Of a DNA stretch of 64,000 bases, positions 9,259-21,387 are shown piece by piece (the first letter of the stretch is position 1; every line of letters begins with the position of its first letter). Source of the stretch: Eledone cirrhosa (Eukaryota); contig OZ024743.1 in assembly GCA_964016885.1 (NCBI GenBank), positions 90,272,001 to 90,336,000 of the forward strand, in the 5' to 3' direction. The notes beneath the pieces were generated by a model. The model made no database searches. It saw only the letters and a program-made list of their open reading frames with translations, and was not told where the DNA came from. A program made the position numbers and the translations under genes.

Positions 9259-11345
9259 CACCACCACCGCCACCACAATAGTCTTCACAAGCACCACCAC
9301 CACCACCGCCACCACAATAGTCTTCACAACCACCACCACCACCATCACAATAGTCTTCACAACCACCACCACCACCACAATAGTCTTCACAACCACCACC
9401 ACCACCACAATAGTCTTCACAACCACCACCACCACCACCACAATAGTCTTCACAACCACCACCACCACCACAATAGTCTTCACAACCACCACCACAATAG
9501 TCTTCACAACCACCACCACCACCACAATAGTCTTCACAACCACCACCACAATAGTCTTCACAACCACCACCACCACCACCACCACCACCACCACAATAGT
9601 CTTCACAACCACCACCACCACCACCACCACAATAGTCTTCACAACCACCACCACCACCACCACCACCACAATAGTCTTCACAACCACCACCACCACCACC
9701 ACCACCACAATAGTCTTCACAACCACCACCACCACCACCACCACCACAATAGTCTTCACAACCACCACCACCACCACCACCACCACAATAGTCTTCACAA
9801 CCACCACCACCACCACCACCACAATAGTCTTCACAACCACCACCACCACCATCACCACCACAATAGTCTTCACAACCACCACCACCACCACCACCACGAT
9901 AGTCTTCACAACCACCACCACCACCACCACCACCACAATAGTCTTCACAACCACCACCACCACCACCACCACCACAATAGTCTTCACAACCACCACCACC
10001 ACCACCACAATAGTCTTCACAACCACCACCACCACCACCACAATAGTCTTCACAACCACCACCACCACCACCACAATAGTCTTCACAACCACCACCACCA
10101 CCACCACCACCACAATAGTCTTCACAACCACCACCACCACCATCACCACCACAATAGTCTTCACAACCACCACCACCACCATCACCACCACAATAGTCTT
10201 CACAACCACCACCACCACCACCACCACGATAGTCTTCACAACCACCACCACCACCACCACCACCACCACCACGATAGTCTTCACAACCACCACCATCACA
10301 ATAGTCTTCACAACCACCACCACCACCACCACCACCACGATAGTCTTCACAACCACCACCATCACAATAGTCTTCACAACCACCACCACCACCACCACAA
10401 TAGTCTTCACAACCACCACCACCACCACCACAATAGTCTTCACAACCACCACTACCACCACCACCACCACGATAGTCTTCACAACCACCACCACCACCAC
10501 CACCACAATAGTCTTCACAACCACCACCACCACCACCACCACCACAATAGTCTTCACAACCACCACCACCACCACCACCACCACAATAGTCTTCACAACC
10601 ACCACCACCACCACCACCACCACAATAGTCTTCACAACCACCACCACCACCACCACCACCACAATAGTCTTCACAACCACCACCACCACCACCACCACCA
10701 CAATAGTCTTCACAACCACCACCACCACCACCACCACCACAATAGTCTTCACAACCACCACCACCACCACCACAATAGTCTTCACAACCACCACCACCAC
10801 CACCACCACAATAGTCTTCACAACCACCACCACCACCACCACCACCACAATAGTCTTCACAACCACCACCACCACTACCACAATAGTCTTCACAACCACC
10901 ACCACCACCACCACCACCACAATAGTCTTCACAACCACCACCACCACCACCACCACCACAATAGTCTTCACAACCACCACCACCACCACCACCACCACCA
11001 CCACCACAATAGTCTTCACAACCACCACCACCACCACCACCACCACAATAGTCTTCACAACCACCACCACCACAATAGTCTTCACAACCACCACCACCAC
11101 CACCACCACCACAATAGTCTTCACAACCACCACCACCACCACCACCACCACAATAGTCTTCACAACCACCACCACCACCACCACAATAGTCTTCACAACC
11201 ACCACCACCACCACAATAGTCTTCACAACCACCACCACCACCACCACCACAATAGTCTTCACAACCACCACCACCACCACCACAATAGTCTTCACAACCA
11301 CCACCACCACCACCACCACAATAGTCTTCACAACCACCACCATCA
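9259..11345. repeat. Minisatellite: (ACC)n-ACAATAGTCTTCACA with a variable ACC count
   Basis: About 55 copies of a near-constant 15-bp core separated by 3-11 ACC triplets. All unit lengths are multiples of 3. Confidence 0.96.
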
Positions 11346-11574
11346 CCATCATCAACATCACCTGAGTATCACTGACATCATCACCATCATAAGCAGCAGC
11401 AACAGCATCATGGTTATCATCATCACTATAATGATCACCACCACCACCATCATCATCATCATTACCACCACCATCAGCAGTAGCATCGCCCTTATCATCA
11501 CCATCTCATCACCACCACTACCAGCAACATCATCATCATAATCATCATCATCATTGTCATTATCATTGTCTTCG

Positions 11575-11608
<34 letters not shown>

Positions 11609-11682
11609 CATCATAATAATAATGATAATAATCATCACCATCATCATCATTGCCATCATCATCATCATCATCATCCACATCA
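11346..11682. repeat. (CAT/CAC)n degenerate trinucleotide tract
   Basis: Direct reading. Confidence 0.9.
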
Positions 11683-12451
11683 CTGTACTCTCTTTCCTCC
11701 ACCCACCTGTCAATGGCTCCATATACCCCCCACCCCACCCCACGTGGCACCAATGAAGTACAGAAAGAGTCACACAGAAAGACACACCCATCCACCTTTC
11801 GCTGATTGAAATAGTGTTACTAAGGGCAACACGTTTGGATGTTGAGAGTCAGATGAAGTGATTTTGAGTATATACATATACACACACACACACATATACG
11901 TATGTACACATATGTATGTGTATGTATTTATATATATATATATATATACACACACACATATATGTATGTACACATATTATGTATGTGTATGTATTTGTAT
12001 ATATATTCAATATCAATCAGTTCAGGGTACAATTATAATGAGGAGGGCTCGATTGATTTTTTTTTATTTATTGTCAGGCCCCTTTTTTTGTGGACCTTGG
12101 TTCAGCTACACTATATGTTCCATAGTAGACCCATGAATAGAAGGTCTCTGGTGTCCCTATTTCCTTGATACCCTGCTTATTATGCTTAAAAGCTTGTCCA
12201 GCTCTGGGGGAGGGGATTCTGTGATTCTGTATTCCATCAATACTAAGTGTCACTCTATTGATCAACAGGGTTCACTCACCTATTTCTAGCTCCTAAGACA
12301 CACTACCAATTTAGGAAGAACAGTATGAACAAGCAGGGGGGGGGGGAGTAGATGTTAGAGTGGGGAGTTCCACAGTGATTGATTATTGGTTTGTCATGGC
12401 AACATAACAGAGTAAATATTTACTGCTGATCGTATGTGAATAGAGTCATAC

Positions 12452-13306
12452 ATGGTGGTAGTGGTGGTAGTGGTGGCCTTGGTGGTGCTGCCAGTGGTGG
12501 TGGTAGTGGTGGTTGTGGTACTAGTAGTAGTGGTGGTGGTAGAGGTGGTGGTATGTTGTGGTTGTGGTGGTAGTGGTGGTCTTGGTGGTGGTGCCAGTGG
12601 TGGTTGTGGTACTAGTAGTATGGTGGTGGTAGTGGTGGTGGTATGTTGTGGTTATGGTGGTAGTGGTGGTCTTGGTGGTGGTGGTAGTTGTGGTTGTGGT
12701 GGTAGTGGTGGTGGTGGTACTAGTAGTAGTGGTGGTGGTATGTTGTGGTTGTGGTGGTAGTGGTGGCCTTGGTGGTGGTGGTAGTTGTGGTTGTGGTGGT
12801 AGTGGTGGTGGTGGTACTAGTAGTAGTGGTGGTGGTATGTTGTGGTTGTGGTGGCCTTGGTGGTGGTGCCAGTAGTGGTGGTAGTTGTGGTTGTGGTGGT
12901 AGTGATGGTGGTGGTACTAGTAGTAGTGGTGGTGGTATGTTGTGGTTGTGGTGGTAGTGGTGGCCTTGGTGGTGGTGCCAGTGGTGGTGGTAGTTGTGGT
13001 TGTAGTTCTAGTAGTAGTGGTGGTGGTATGTTGTGGTTGTGGTGGTAGTGGTGGCCTTGGTGGTGGTGCCAGTGGTGGTGGTAGTTGTGGTTGTGGTGGT
13101 AGTGGTGGTGGTACTAGTAGTAGTGGTGGTGGTATGTTGTGGTGGTAGTGGTGGCCGTGGTGGTGGTGCCAGTGGTGGTGGTAGTTGTGGTTGTGGTGGT
13201 AGTGGTGGTGGTGGTACTAGTAGTAGTGGTGGTGGTAGTGGTATGTTGTGGTGGTGGTGGTGGTGGTGGTGGTAGTGGTGGTGGTGGTGGTAGTGGTGGT
13301 GGTGGT
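12452..13306. repeat. (GGT)n-based compound minisatellite, ~90-110 bp unit
   Basis: Recurring landmarks GGTATGTTGTGG, GGCCTTGG, GTGCCAGT and GGTACTAGTAGTAG. Confidence 0.92.
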
Positions 13307-13507
13307 GCTCTGAGTAGAATTTATGATGAAAAGTGTTTCAGTCGTGACCATCCCCACAGAAGAAGAAGAGTCTCTTTATTGGCCATAGGGGCCTGGCACA
13401 CACAAACAAAACATTTTAAACAAAACGATCATAAATAAACATGTGGCAATATATATATAGATATACATATAGATGATGATTATATATATCTATATACATA
13501 TATATAT

Positions 13508-13946
13508 CATCATCATCACCATTTTACGTCCATTCTTCCACGCTAGCATGGGTTAGATGAGTTGTCCTGTTGTGGGCAGTGTCTGGTCGGCTGACCTTGT
13601 CTTGCTCATACGGGAACTGATTCTGGCTTGATTTCTACAGCTGGATGCCCTTCCTAACACCAACCTCATTTACAGTGAGTGCTGGGTGCTTTTTTTCCGT
13701 GGCGCCTACATGTCCAGTTTATAGTGTGGGCTGGGTGCTTTTTTGCCGTGGCACCTCCATGACCATTTTGCAGTAGAATGATAGGGACCCCAGTCCTATC
13801 ATCTCATTTCTACAGCTGAGTAAACTGGCGCAATGTGAAATAAAGTGTCTTGCTCAAGGAAACAACACATCACCCAGTCCGAGAATTGAACTTACAACCT
13901 TTCCATTACAAGCCCAATGCTCTAACCACTAAGCCATGTGCCTTCA
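13508..13946 (-). mobile_element. tRNA-derived CORE-like SINE with an RTE-type 3' tail
   Basis: Minus strand: GGCACATGGCTTAGTGGTTAGAGC (A box), GTAAGTTCAATTCTC (B box), CCTTGAGCAAGACACTT core, tail CCCATGCTAGCGTGGAAGAATGGACG..(GAT)n. Confidence 0.85.
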
Positions 13947-14119
13947 TATATATATAGAGAGGGGGGGGGGGGTTAAAAATGATTTTCTGAAGGGGGTCAG
14001 AAAGAAACCACAGTTAAATATGGTCCTTAATATATTAATAGAAAAGTAGCATATTACATACAGAAATGACTTTTACATGACCAGAACTGTTTCATTATAA
14101 TTTTGACTGAGTTTGTCTC

Positions 14120-15154
14120 AAAAGGCTTCATGAAGAATTTTGAGGGATTTACTAAAATTATTAACTGTTTCATTATTCTAAGAAAGTAACATAAAACATA
14201 TGGCTCTTATATCATGACTCATACACTGTTCACTTTCCTGACATTTGTACATTATTCTGTGTACTATTCATGCACCTTTCATGAGTTGTAGTGCACTGTA
14301 CACAATAATTTTCATAATTCATTATTCATAAAAATTTATGTTAGAAGATTTTTAATTTAAATCAAAACCCTTTAAATGGGTGGTTTTGTTCCATAGAACC
14401 AGAGGTCTTTTAGTTGAGATGGTAACAAAAATTTAATGAAGAAATTTGAGAGATTTAACAAAATTATTAATTATTTCATTCTTAAAACAGTAATTAACAT
14501 ATGGTTCTTATATAAATTTATGTTTAAAAAATTATGTTAAATAAGAACCCTTTAAAATGAGTGGTTTTGTTCCATGAGTTCTTATATAAAATTATGTTTA
14601 AAGAATTATGTTAAATAAGAACCCTTTAAAATGAGTGGTTTTGTTCCATGGGTTCTTATATAAAATTATGTTTAAAGAATTGTTAATGGTAGCACATGGC
14701 TTAGTGGTTAGAGCATTGGCCTTGCAATCGAAAGGTTGTGAGTACAATTCTCAGACCGGGTGATGTGTTGTTTCCTTGAGCAAGACACATTGCTCCAGTT
14801 TACTCAGCTGTAGAAATGAGATGATAGGGACTGGGGTCCATATCATTCCACTGCAAAGTGATCGTGGAGGTGCCACGGCAAAAAAGCACCCAGCACTCAC
14901 TGTAAATGAGGTTGGTGTTAGGGAGGGCATCCAGCTGTAGAAATCAAGCCAAAATCAGTTCCCCTCCCAGCCTTGCAAGCAAGGAAAAAGCGGACATGAA
15001 ATGAATGAATGAAAAACCCTTTAAAATGAGTGGTTTTGTTCCATGGGTTCTTATATAAAATTATGTTTAAAGAATTATGTTAAATAAGAACTCTTTAAAA
15101 TGAGTGGTTTTGAATCAGTGATGGTTTTAGGAAGGTTGATATGAAAAGGGTTAA
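14120..15154. mobile_element. Diverged relative of the piggyBac-type MITE with internal ~75-bp tandem repeats, interrupted by a SINE and another repeat
   Basis: AAGAATTTTGAGGGATTT and GAACCAGAGG are shared with 4364-4771, and it ends AAAGGG-TTAA at ~15154. The unit GGTTCTTATATAAAATTATGTTTAAAGAATTATGTTAAATAAGAACCCTTTAAAATGAGTGGTTTTGTTCCATG is repeated. Confidence 0.5.
14687..15012 (+). mobile_element. tRNA-derived CORE-like SINE (same family as 13508-13946)
   Basis: GCACATGGCTTAGTGGTTAGAGCATTGGCCTTGCAATCGAAAGGTTGTGAG..CCTTGAGCAAGACAC.., ending in (ATGA)n. Confidence 0.87.
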
Positions 15155-15344
15155 GCTTCACTATTAGATTGAGCATTAACCTGGATGTTAACATATTTGG
15201 AAAAAATTTGGATAACACAAATTCCTATTTCCAGTTCCCCATAAAATGTCAAACATCATCATTGTTATAGACAAAATTATATTTACAGATTTATTGTATT
15301 TCTTTTTCTTTCTGAAATGGGCTGTCAAAAATATGTTTTTTTAA

Positions 15345-15690
15345 TGCATGTGTGTGTGAGGGAGTGTATGAGTGCATGTGTGCGAGTGAGTGCATGTATG
15401 CATGTGCATACATGAGTGTTATGTGTAAGTGAATTTGAATGTGTATGCATGTGTGTAGGTGTATGTGTGTATACATGTGTAACTGTGTGTATTAATGAAT
15501 GTGTACATCTATGAATGTAAGTGTGCATGTGTATGCAAGTGTATGCTTGTGTGTATGAGTGTATGCATGTGTGTGTGTATATATATGTAACTGTGTGTAT
15601 GTTAATGTATGTGTATGTCTATGGATGTGAGTGTGTGAATGTATGTGTTTATGTGTATGCATGTGTGTGTGCATGATTGCGTATATGTGT
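15345..15690. repeat. (TG)-rich degenerate microsatellite
   Basis: Direct reading. Confidence 0.85.
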
Positions 15691-15985
15691 ATCATCATCA
15701 TCTTCGTTTAACGTCCATCTTCCATGCTAGCATGGGTTAGACAGGAATTGTCCTACTTGAGGCAAGGTTGGTCGGGTGACCGTGTCTCACTCATATAGGA
15801 CTATCTGGCAGGTTTTCTACGGCTGGATGCCCTTCTTAACACCAACCACATTTACAATGTGGAACTGGGAACTTTTTACCGTGTTACCTACACGGCCACA
15901 TTACAGCGTGGACTGTGTGTGTTTTTTGTTGTGACACCTACACAATCTCATTTATTTGGACTGGATATTGTGGTACCAACTTTAC
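15691..15985 (-). mobile_element. 3' part of a SINE with an RTE-type tail
   Basis: (CAT)n-CGTTTAACGTCCAT..GCTAGCATGGGTT..TTTCTACGGCTGGATGCCCTTC; similar to 18216-18512. Confidence 0.75.
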
Positions 15986-16452
15986 AGAGAGAGGGTGGTG
16001 TTGGTGGTGGTGGTGATTGTGGTGGTGGTGGTGGTGGTGGTGATTGTGGTGGTGGTAGCGGTGTTGGTGGTGGTGATGGCAGGGTTTAGCCCCCAGCTCA
16101 GTCAGGATTGGGGAGACTTATGATGGAAGACAGCCCTGTCTTGACCTTCCCCAAGAAAATAAAAAGGTTGAGGAGGAGGAGGAGAAAAGAAAGGATAAAA
16201 AGAAGAAAGGAGATGAAAAAAAAAGGGAATCAGAGTCCACACCGCACACAATTATCATCAGCGTTTGTATGACATTTCCATGGTGACATGGGTTGGTCAG
16301 GACATGTTTTAGGTAATGTTTTACAGCCGGATACCCTTCTTGACATTAACCCCTTTACTTCTCATGATACACAGGGGTATCATGTATCTATTCTACACTG
16401 TATATACATACATACAAAACATTTTATAAAAAATGGACATAAACATGTAGCA

Positions 16453-16495
<43 letters not shown>

Positions 16496-16535
16496 GAGGT
16501 TATATTTAATTTGTTGGGATTCAACAAGCTTAAAA

Positions 16536-16566
<31 letters not shown>

Positions 16567-16567
16567 T

Positions 16568-17459
16568 TACTAGTAGCATGATCCGGTGTTGCATGGGGTA
16601 GGAAACTTGAAATAGCAACACGCATATGCAAAGATTGAGGAATGTAGCTGTGTACTTTTTGAATTCCCTTATTCTCAGGGAATGATTGAGGAGCGACATA
16701 GTCAATTGTGTGAAAACCAAGTAGGGATGTACGTTTAAGTAGGGATATTGAGATGACGAAATCAGCGTGGCAACGCAGCTGCAGCAGAAGGGGGTCATAG
16801 TGTAATTAGCACAAACACTGGGCAGCACTGGTTACACTGCGTTTACACAGCAACAAGGGTGCAACAAAAGGGGTCACTGCGGAAATAGCACAACTGCTGT
16901 TTGGCATACTTGCGCAGGGCGTTCATACGGCAATGTAGGTGCATTCAAAAGGGGTCTTAGTAGAAGCTTCAACAGGGTGCTGACAAAAATTTTAAAGTCC
17001 TCATTTCTTCAATCCCCCGAAAATGTAAGTAAGTATTGTGTCCTCTGTTAAATAAACCAAATTTTTAACGAAATATTACATGCTACTTACGATGTTTAAG
17101 TAGCGTTTATATTGAAAATGAAAATGGCATGTAATGACCAATGCTAATTCGTAAATTTCCTAGAAACCATTAATGGAATCGAAAATTTTTTTGTCCACAG
17201 CAATGCAAAGGGACTAACTAATGTGTGCTGCAAATTTCAAGGAAATCGGCTGGATTATCTTTAAGTTACACCTAAAATCAAGCCTAAAAATGCCTAAAAA
17301 ATGCAGTTTTTCGGCTAGGGCACAATAAGTTAAAAAATGTTTAGCCCATTGCACTTCAAGAAATATAAGTAATGCATGTGTAAAGTTTGAAAAAAATCGG
17401 TCAGGTACTTCTCGAGTTTTAGATATTTACACAGACAGACAGACATCCTCTATTTTATA
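16568..17459 (+). mobile_element. Helentron-associated/DINE-1-like non-autonomous rolling-circle element (HINE-like)
   Basis: It starts TACTAGTAGCATGATCCGGTGTTGCATGGG and has internal short tandem GGGGTCA..AGCACAA units. Two AAA(T/G)TTT..AAATCGG motifs precede a terminal (ACAG)n-ACATCCTCTATTTTATA. Confidence 0.6.
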
Positions 17460-17806
17460 CAACAACAACAACAACAACAAACATCCATTTCCCACGCTAG
17501 CATGGGTTAAGGGTGGGACGGGAACTGATTCTGGCTTGATTTCTACAGCTGGATGCCTTTCCTAACACCAACCTCATTTACAGTGAGTGCTGGGTGCTTT
17601 TTTGCCGTGGCACCTCCACGACCACTTTGCAGTGGAATGATAGGGACCCCAGTCCCTATCATCTCATTTCTACAGCTGAGTAAACTGGAGCAATGGGAAA
17701 TAAAGTGTCTTGCTCAAGGAAACAACACATCACCCAGTCTGAGAATTGAACTCACAACCTTTTGATTGCAAGGCCAATGCTCTAACCACTAAGCTATGTG
17801 CCTCCA
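17460..17806 (-). mobile_element. tRNA-derived CORE-like SINE (third copy)
   Basis: Near-collinear with 13508-13946 and the reverse complement of 14687-15012; (TTG)n tail. Confidence 0.87.
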
Positions 17807-17860
17807 TTGGCTATGTGCCTCCATTGGCTATGTGCCTCCATTAGCTATGTGCCGCCATTG
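17793..17860. repeat. 17-bp tandem repeat x4 (GCTATGTGCCTCCATTG) spanning the SINE 5' end
   Basis: Direct reading. Confidence 0.9.
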
Positions 17861-18215
17861 TATATATAGATATATATATAAACACAAATTTAAATAATTT
17901 TGAAAACCAAACAATGCAATAGAAAGAAAATTAAATCACTAAGATAACAAAAGAATCTTACCTTAGCAAATTTTCCCAATATTTTCAGGTTTAAAAAGCC
18001 ATTATCAAGGGAGTATCCTTAGGAGAGACTTAAAGGATCTTTTGGAGTTGACTTGTTTAGAAAACAGATTTAAGTTAAAGGAAATGAAAAGACGCTAAAG
18101 TTTCAAAAGTGGATGTTGTGAAATGTCTGCAGAAAAGATATATGCATGTGTGTGTGTGTGAATGTGTATGCGTAAATGTAAGTGTACAAATATGTATATA
18201 ATAAAAATGGAATAT

Positions 18216-18512
18216 CATCATCATCATCATCATCGTTTAACGTCCATGTTCCACGCTTGCATGGGTTTGGACGGGAGTTTTCCCACTTGAGGCAAGAGTG
18301 GTTGTCTTGCTCGCATAGGACTGTCTGGCGGGTTTTCTACAGCTGGATGCCCTTCCTAACACCAACCACATTTACAGTGTGGGACTGGGAGGCTTTTACC
18401 GTGTTACCTACATGGCCACATTACAGCGTAGACTGTGTATTTTTTGTCGTGACACCTACACGATCTCATTTGTTTCGGCCTGGATGTTGTGGCACCAACA
18501 TAACTTTACATT
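18216..18512 (-). mobile_element. 3' part of a SINE with an RTE-type tail
   Basis: (CAT)n-CGTTTAACGTCC..GCTTGCATGGGTT..CAGCTGGATGCCCTTCCTAAC. Confidence 0.75.
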
Positions 18513-18603
18513 GAAAGGGGCGGCGTGGATGGGGTGGGGGTGGTGGGACGGGGGTGTATTTTGTTAGAGATGGCTACTGACTGTAGTAAGTTTTACTTTG
18601 TAT

Positions 18604-19701
18604 TTAGGTAAGGCGGGTCTTCTCTATTACTGAGTACCGCGAAAGATCTCGGTCCAGTGACATTGTCTTGGAGAGGTGTAAGTGTGTGAGGTCGGAATTT
18701 ATCAGGTCGTCCCAGGTTTTTCTGGGTCTGCCGACTCCGTGGCTACCGTCTATCTTTATTGCCCTGCACATTTTTATACAGCTGCCGTCTTTCATGCGCA
18801 TCACGTGACCATACCAACGTAGCCTTCTCTTGAGTAAACAACATCTGATCCCTCTTATTTCTAATTTTTCCCTTAGTTCGTTTATGCTTTGCCGTTCACG
18901 TATATTACTATTACACATCCAGCGGAGCATGCAAGCTTCGTTCCTCTCTAGTCTGCGTATATCCTCTGCACACAATGCCCAGGTCTCACTGCCATGCAAC
19001 ATTGCTGTTCGTATGCAGGAATCATACAGCCTGCCTTTCATTTTTAGGGAGAACCCTTTAGCGGCTAATAGTGGTATAAGCTCTCTGAACTTTTTCCATC
19101 CAGTTCTGACTCTAGCTACTGTACTTTCAGAGCACCCTCCTCCACTGCTGATTTTGTCACCCAGGTAACGGAAGCTGTCCACTATTTCTATAGAACCCTC
19201 TGCGCAATTGAAAGAGCTAGTATTTTGTGGGCACTTGCTGCTACTTATTGCACCAGAGCACCGGCCACATGTAAAATCTATGTTCTTATTTAGCTTACCT
19301 GTGATCCCACTACATCTTTTATGCACCCATACTTTGCATTTGGGACATAAAATGGAGTTTCTACCTACTCCTTTCCTACACACTGAGCATGGCCATTTCC
19401 CGGATGGGACCGGTGCCCTATTTTCTTTCCTACAAACTAGAACTTTAGTCTTAGCCAGGTTAATTTTAAGGCCTTTTGATTCTAGGCCGTGCTTCCATGT
19501 TTGGAATTTCTTCTCTAGCTCGGCCATTGGTTCAGCTATGAGCGTTAGATCATCTGCGTATAGGAGTTCCCATGGGCAGCCGGTCTTGAACTCCACTGTT
19601 ATAGCCTGAAGGGCAATAATAAATAGTAGGGGGCTAAGAACAGAGCCCTGATGAACACCAACTTTTACGCTAAACTCTTCACTATATTCATTGTTAATTC
19701 T
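18604..19701 (-). mobile_element. RTE-clade LINE, 5'-truncated, uninterrupted ORF (RT domains 4-7, Cys/His finger insert, C-terminus)
   Basis: GVHQGSVLSPLLF, LLYADDL, GLKINLAKTK, CSVC..CPKC..WVHKRC..CGRC, FRYLG, LHGSETW, MLRWM, RRLRWYGHVMR, GRPRKTW. The N-terminal ~23 aa of the called ORF (19702-19770) come from flanking DNA. Confidence 0.95.
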
Positions 19702-20101
19702 ATATATATATACATATTCGCACACGCCTTCGATACATAAATTTACATACAAACATCCCATTAAGCACACTTACATTCACACACACGCATGCATATATCT
19801 TTTCTGCAGACATTTCACAACATGGACTTTCGAAATGTTAACATATTTTCATTTCATTTAACTTAAATCTGTCTTCCAAACAAGTCAACTGCAAACGATC
19901 CTTTAAGTCTCTCCTAAGAATACTCCCTTGATAATGGGTTTCTAAACCTGAAAATATTTGGGATCATTAAATTTTGTTGGGATCAATAACTTTTGTTATC
20001 TTAGTGATTTAATTTTCTTTCTAATACATTGTTTGGTTTTCAAAATTATTTAAATTTGTGTCTCCTGTTCATCAATGCTTCAAGCAAGCTACAAAACTCT
20101 G

Positions 20102-20132
<31 letters not shown>

Positions 20133-20385
20133 CAACAACAACAACATCCTCCATTTTCCATGCTAGCATGGGTTAAATAAGTTGTCCTATTAGAGGGAAA
20201 ATCGGATTAGGTGACTGTGTCTTGCTCATATAGAACTGTTTCTGGCTAGATTTCAACAGCTGGATGCCCTTCCTAATGCCAACCACATTTGCAGTGAGTG
20301 CTGGGTGCTTTTTGTCGTAACTCCTACACAAGACTTTACAGTGTCAGCTGGATTCTTCTTGCTGTGATACCAACATAACTTTATA
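20133..20385 (-). mobile_element. SINE 3' fragment with an RTE-type tail
   Basis: (CAA)n..CCATGCTAGCATGGGTT..CAGCTGGATGCCCTTCCTAA..GAGTGCTGGGTGCTTTTT. Confidence 0.7.
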
Positions 20386-20397
20386 GTATATATATAT

Positions 20398-20845
20398 CAT
20401 CATCATCATTGTTGTTTTTACATCCATTTTTCCACACTTGCATGGGTTGGACAGGTCCTTTTCAGTACAGCATCTTTCCACTCACTGCATTTCTTCATCA
20501 TTTCCTGTGAGTCTCAGCAACTTGAGGTCATCTCTCACAACCTCTGCCCAGCCCTCTTTCAGTCTACCTCTACTGCAGCTTCCATTCACTGGCATTACCT
20601 GACACTTCTTCAACCATCAATCATCATTTATGCTCATCACATGTCTATACCAACACAGGCTTCTTTCCTGAACACCACCTCAGATTACTCTTAAAGCCAG
20701 CTTCTTCCTCAATTCATCCAAGCTCTGCCTTTCTCTCACATTTACATTACACATCCAATGAAGCATGGCTGCTTCATTTCTCTCCTGTCTACACATGTCT
20801 TCTGCAGTCACTGCCATCTTTCCCTCCCATGCAGCATCACTGTAT
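20398..20845 (-). mobile_element. Degenerate RTE LINE 3' fragment
   Basis: The minus translation includes AVTAEDMCRQERNEAAMLHWMCNVNVRERQSLDELRKKL, homologous to the 18604-19701 ORF, and is followed by the RTE tail. Confidence 0.85.
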
Positions 20846-21387
20846 ATGTATAAGACAAACATGTTAATCGCCACTGAATTACATACAACAGTCAATGAAG
20901 AGCTAAAGAAGAAACACAAACAAGTCAATGTCAATATTTGTATTCTGTAATTATTTGGAGAGAAAACAATCTATTCACCTATCAGATCTCTTCGTTACCT
21001 TAATTCTCAATGTCCTGTACCACATGAAACTGCATTAGCAAGATTTTCTTAAAAAGTATAAAACAGCATTGTCTGCGTTGCACAAAAATGTAAAGTTTTC
21101 TCTTTAATACTGAAACTGTTCACATTGATCACTCAACTAGTAAAGATACAATAAATATTTTAATTAACAAACCACATGAAACTACACCAGCAAGACATTC
21201 TTGGAAAGTACAAAACAACACCATGACTGCCTTACATCAAAATTTCAAGTTTTTACTTTAGTCTAATTTTCACAACAGTTTGTCTGCTAGTAAATATATT
21301 ATGTAGTCCTTTTTTGCTAAATCATTACAGGATGCTAAGAGTTAATGTGGGATTTAACATGAAAATTAACAGACATAGTTAGGTAAA

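Larger units (their letters stand above)
17882..20061. repeat. Diverged ~285-bp inverted repeat (17882-18165 and 19773-20061) flanking SINE and RTE insertions
   Basis: For example, CCATTATCAAGGGAGTATCCTTAGGAGAGACTTAAAGGATC versus the reverse complement of GATCCTTTAAGTCTCTCCTAAGAATACTCCCTTGATAATGG. Confidence 0.9.

Noticed and set aside
8990-11541. ~790-aa Thr-rich and His-rich ORFs as genuine genes
   Set aside because: The open frames follow from triplet-based repeat units, with no domain, signal peptide or credible start. They are kept only as a low-priority finding.
12452-13438. Gly/Val/Cys-rich ORFs resembling structural proteins
   Set aside because: The (GGT)n minisatellite has unit lengths that shift frame every repeat.
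14687-14760. tRNA gene
   Set aside because: The tRNA-like A/B boxes continue into a SINE body present in three copies, and there is no proper acceptor stem.
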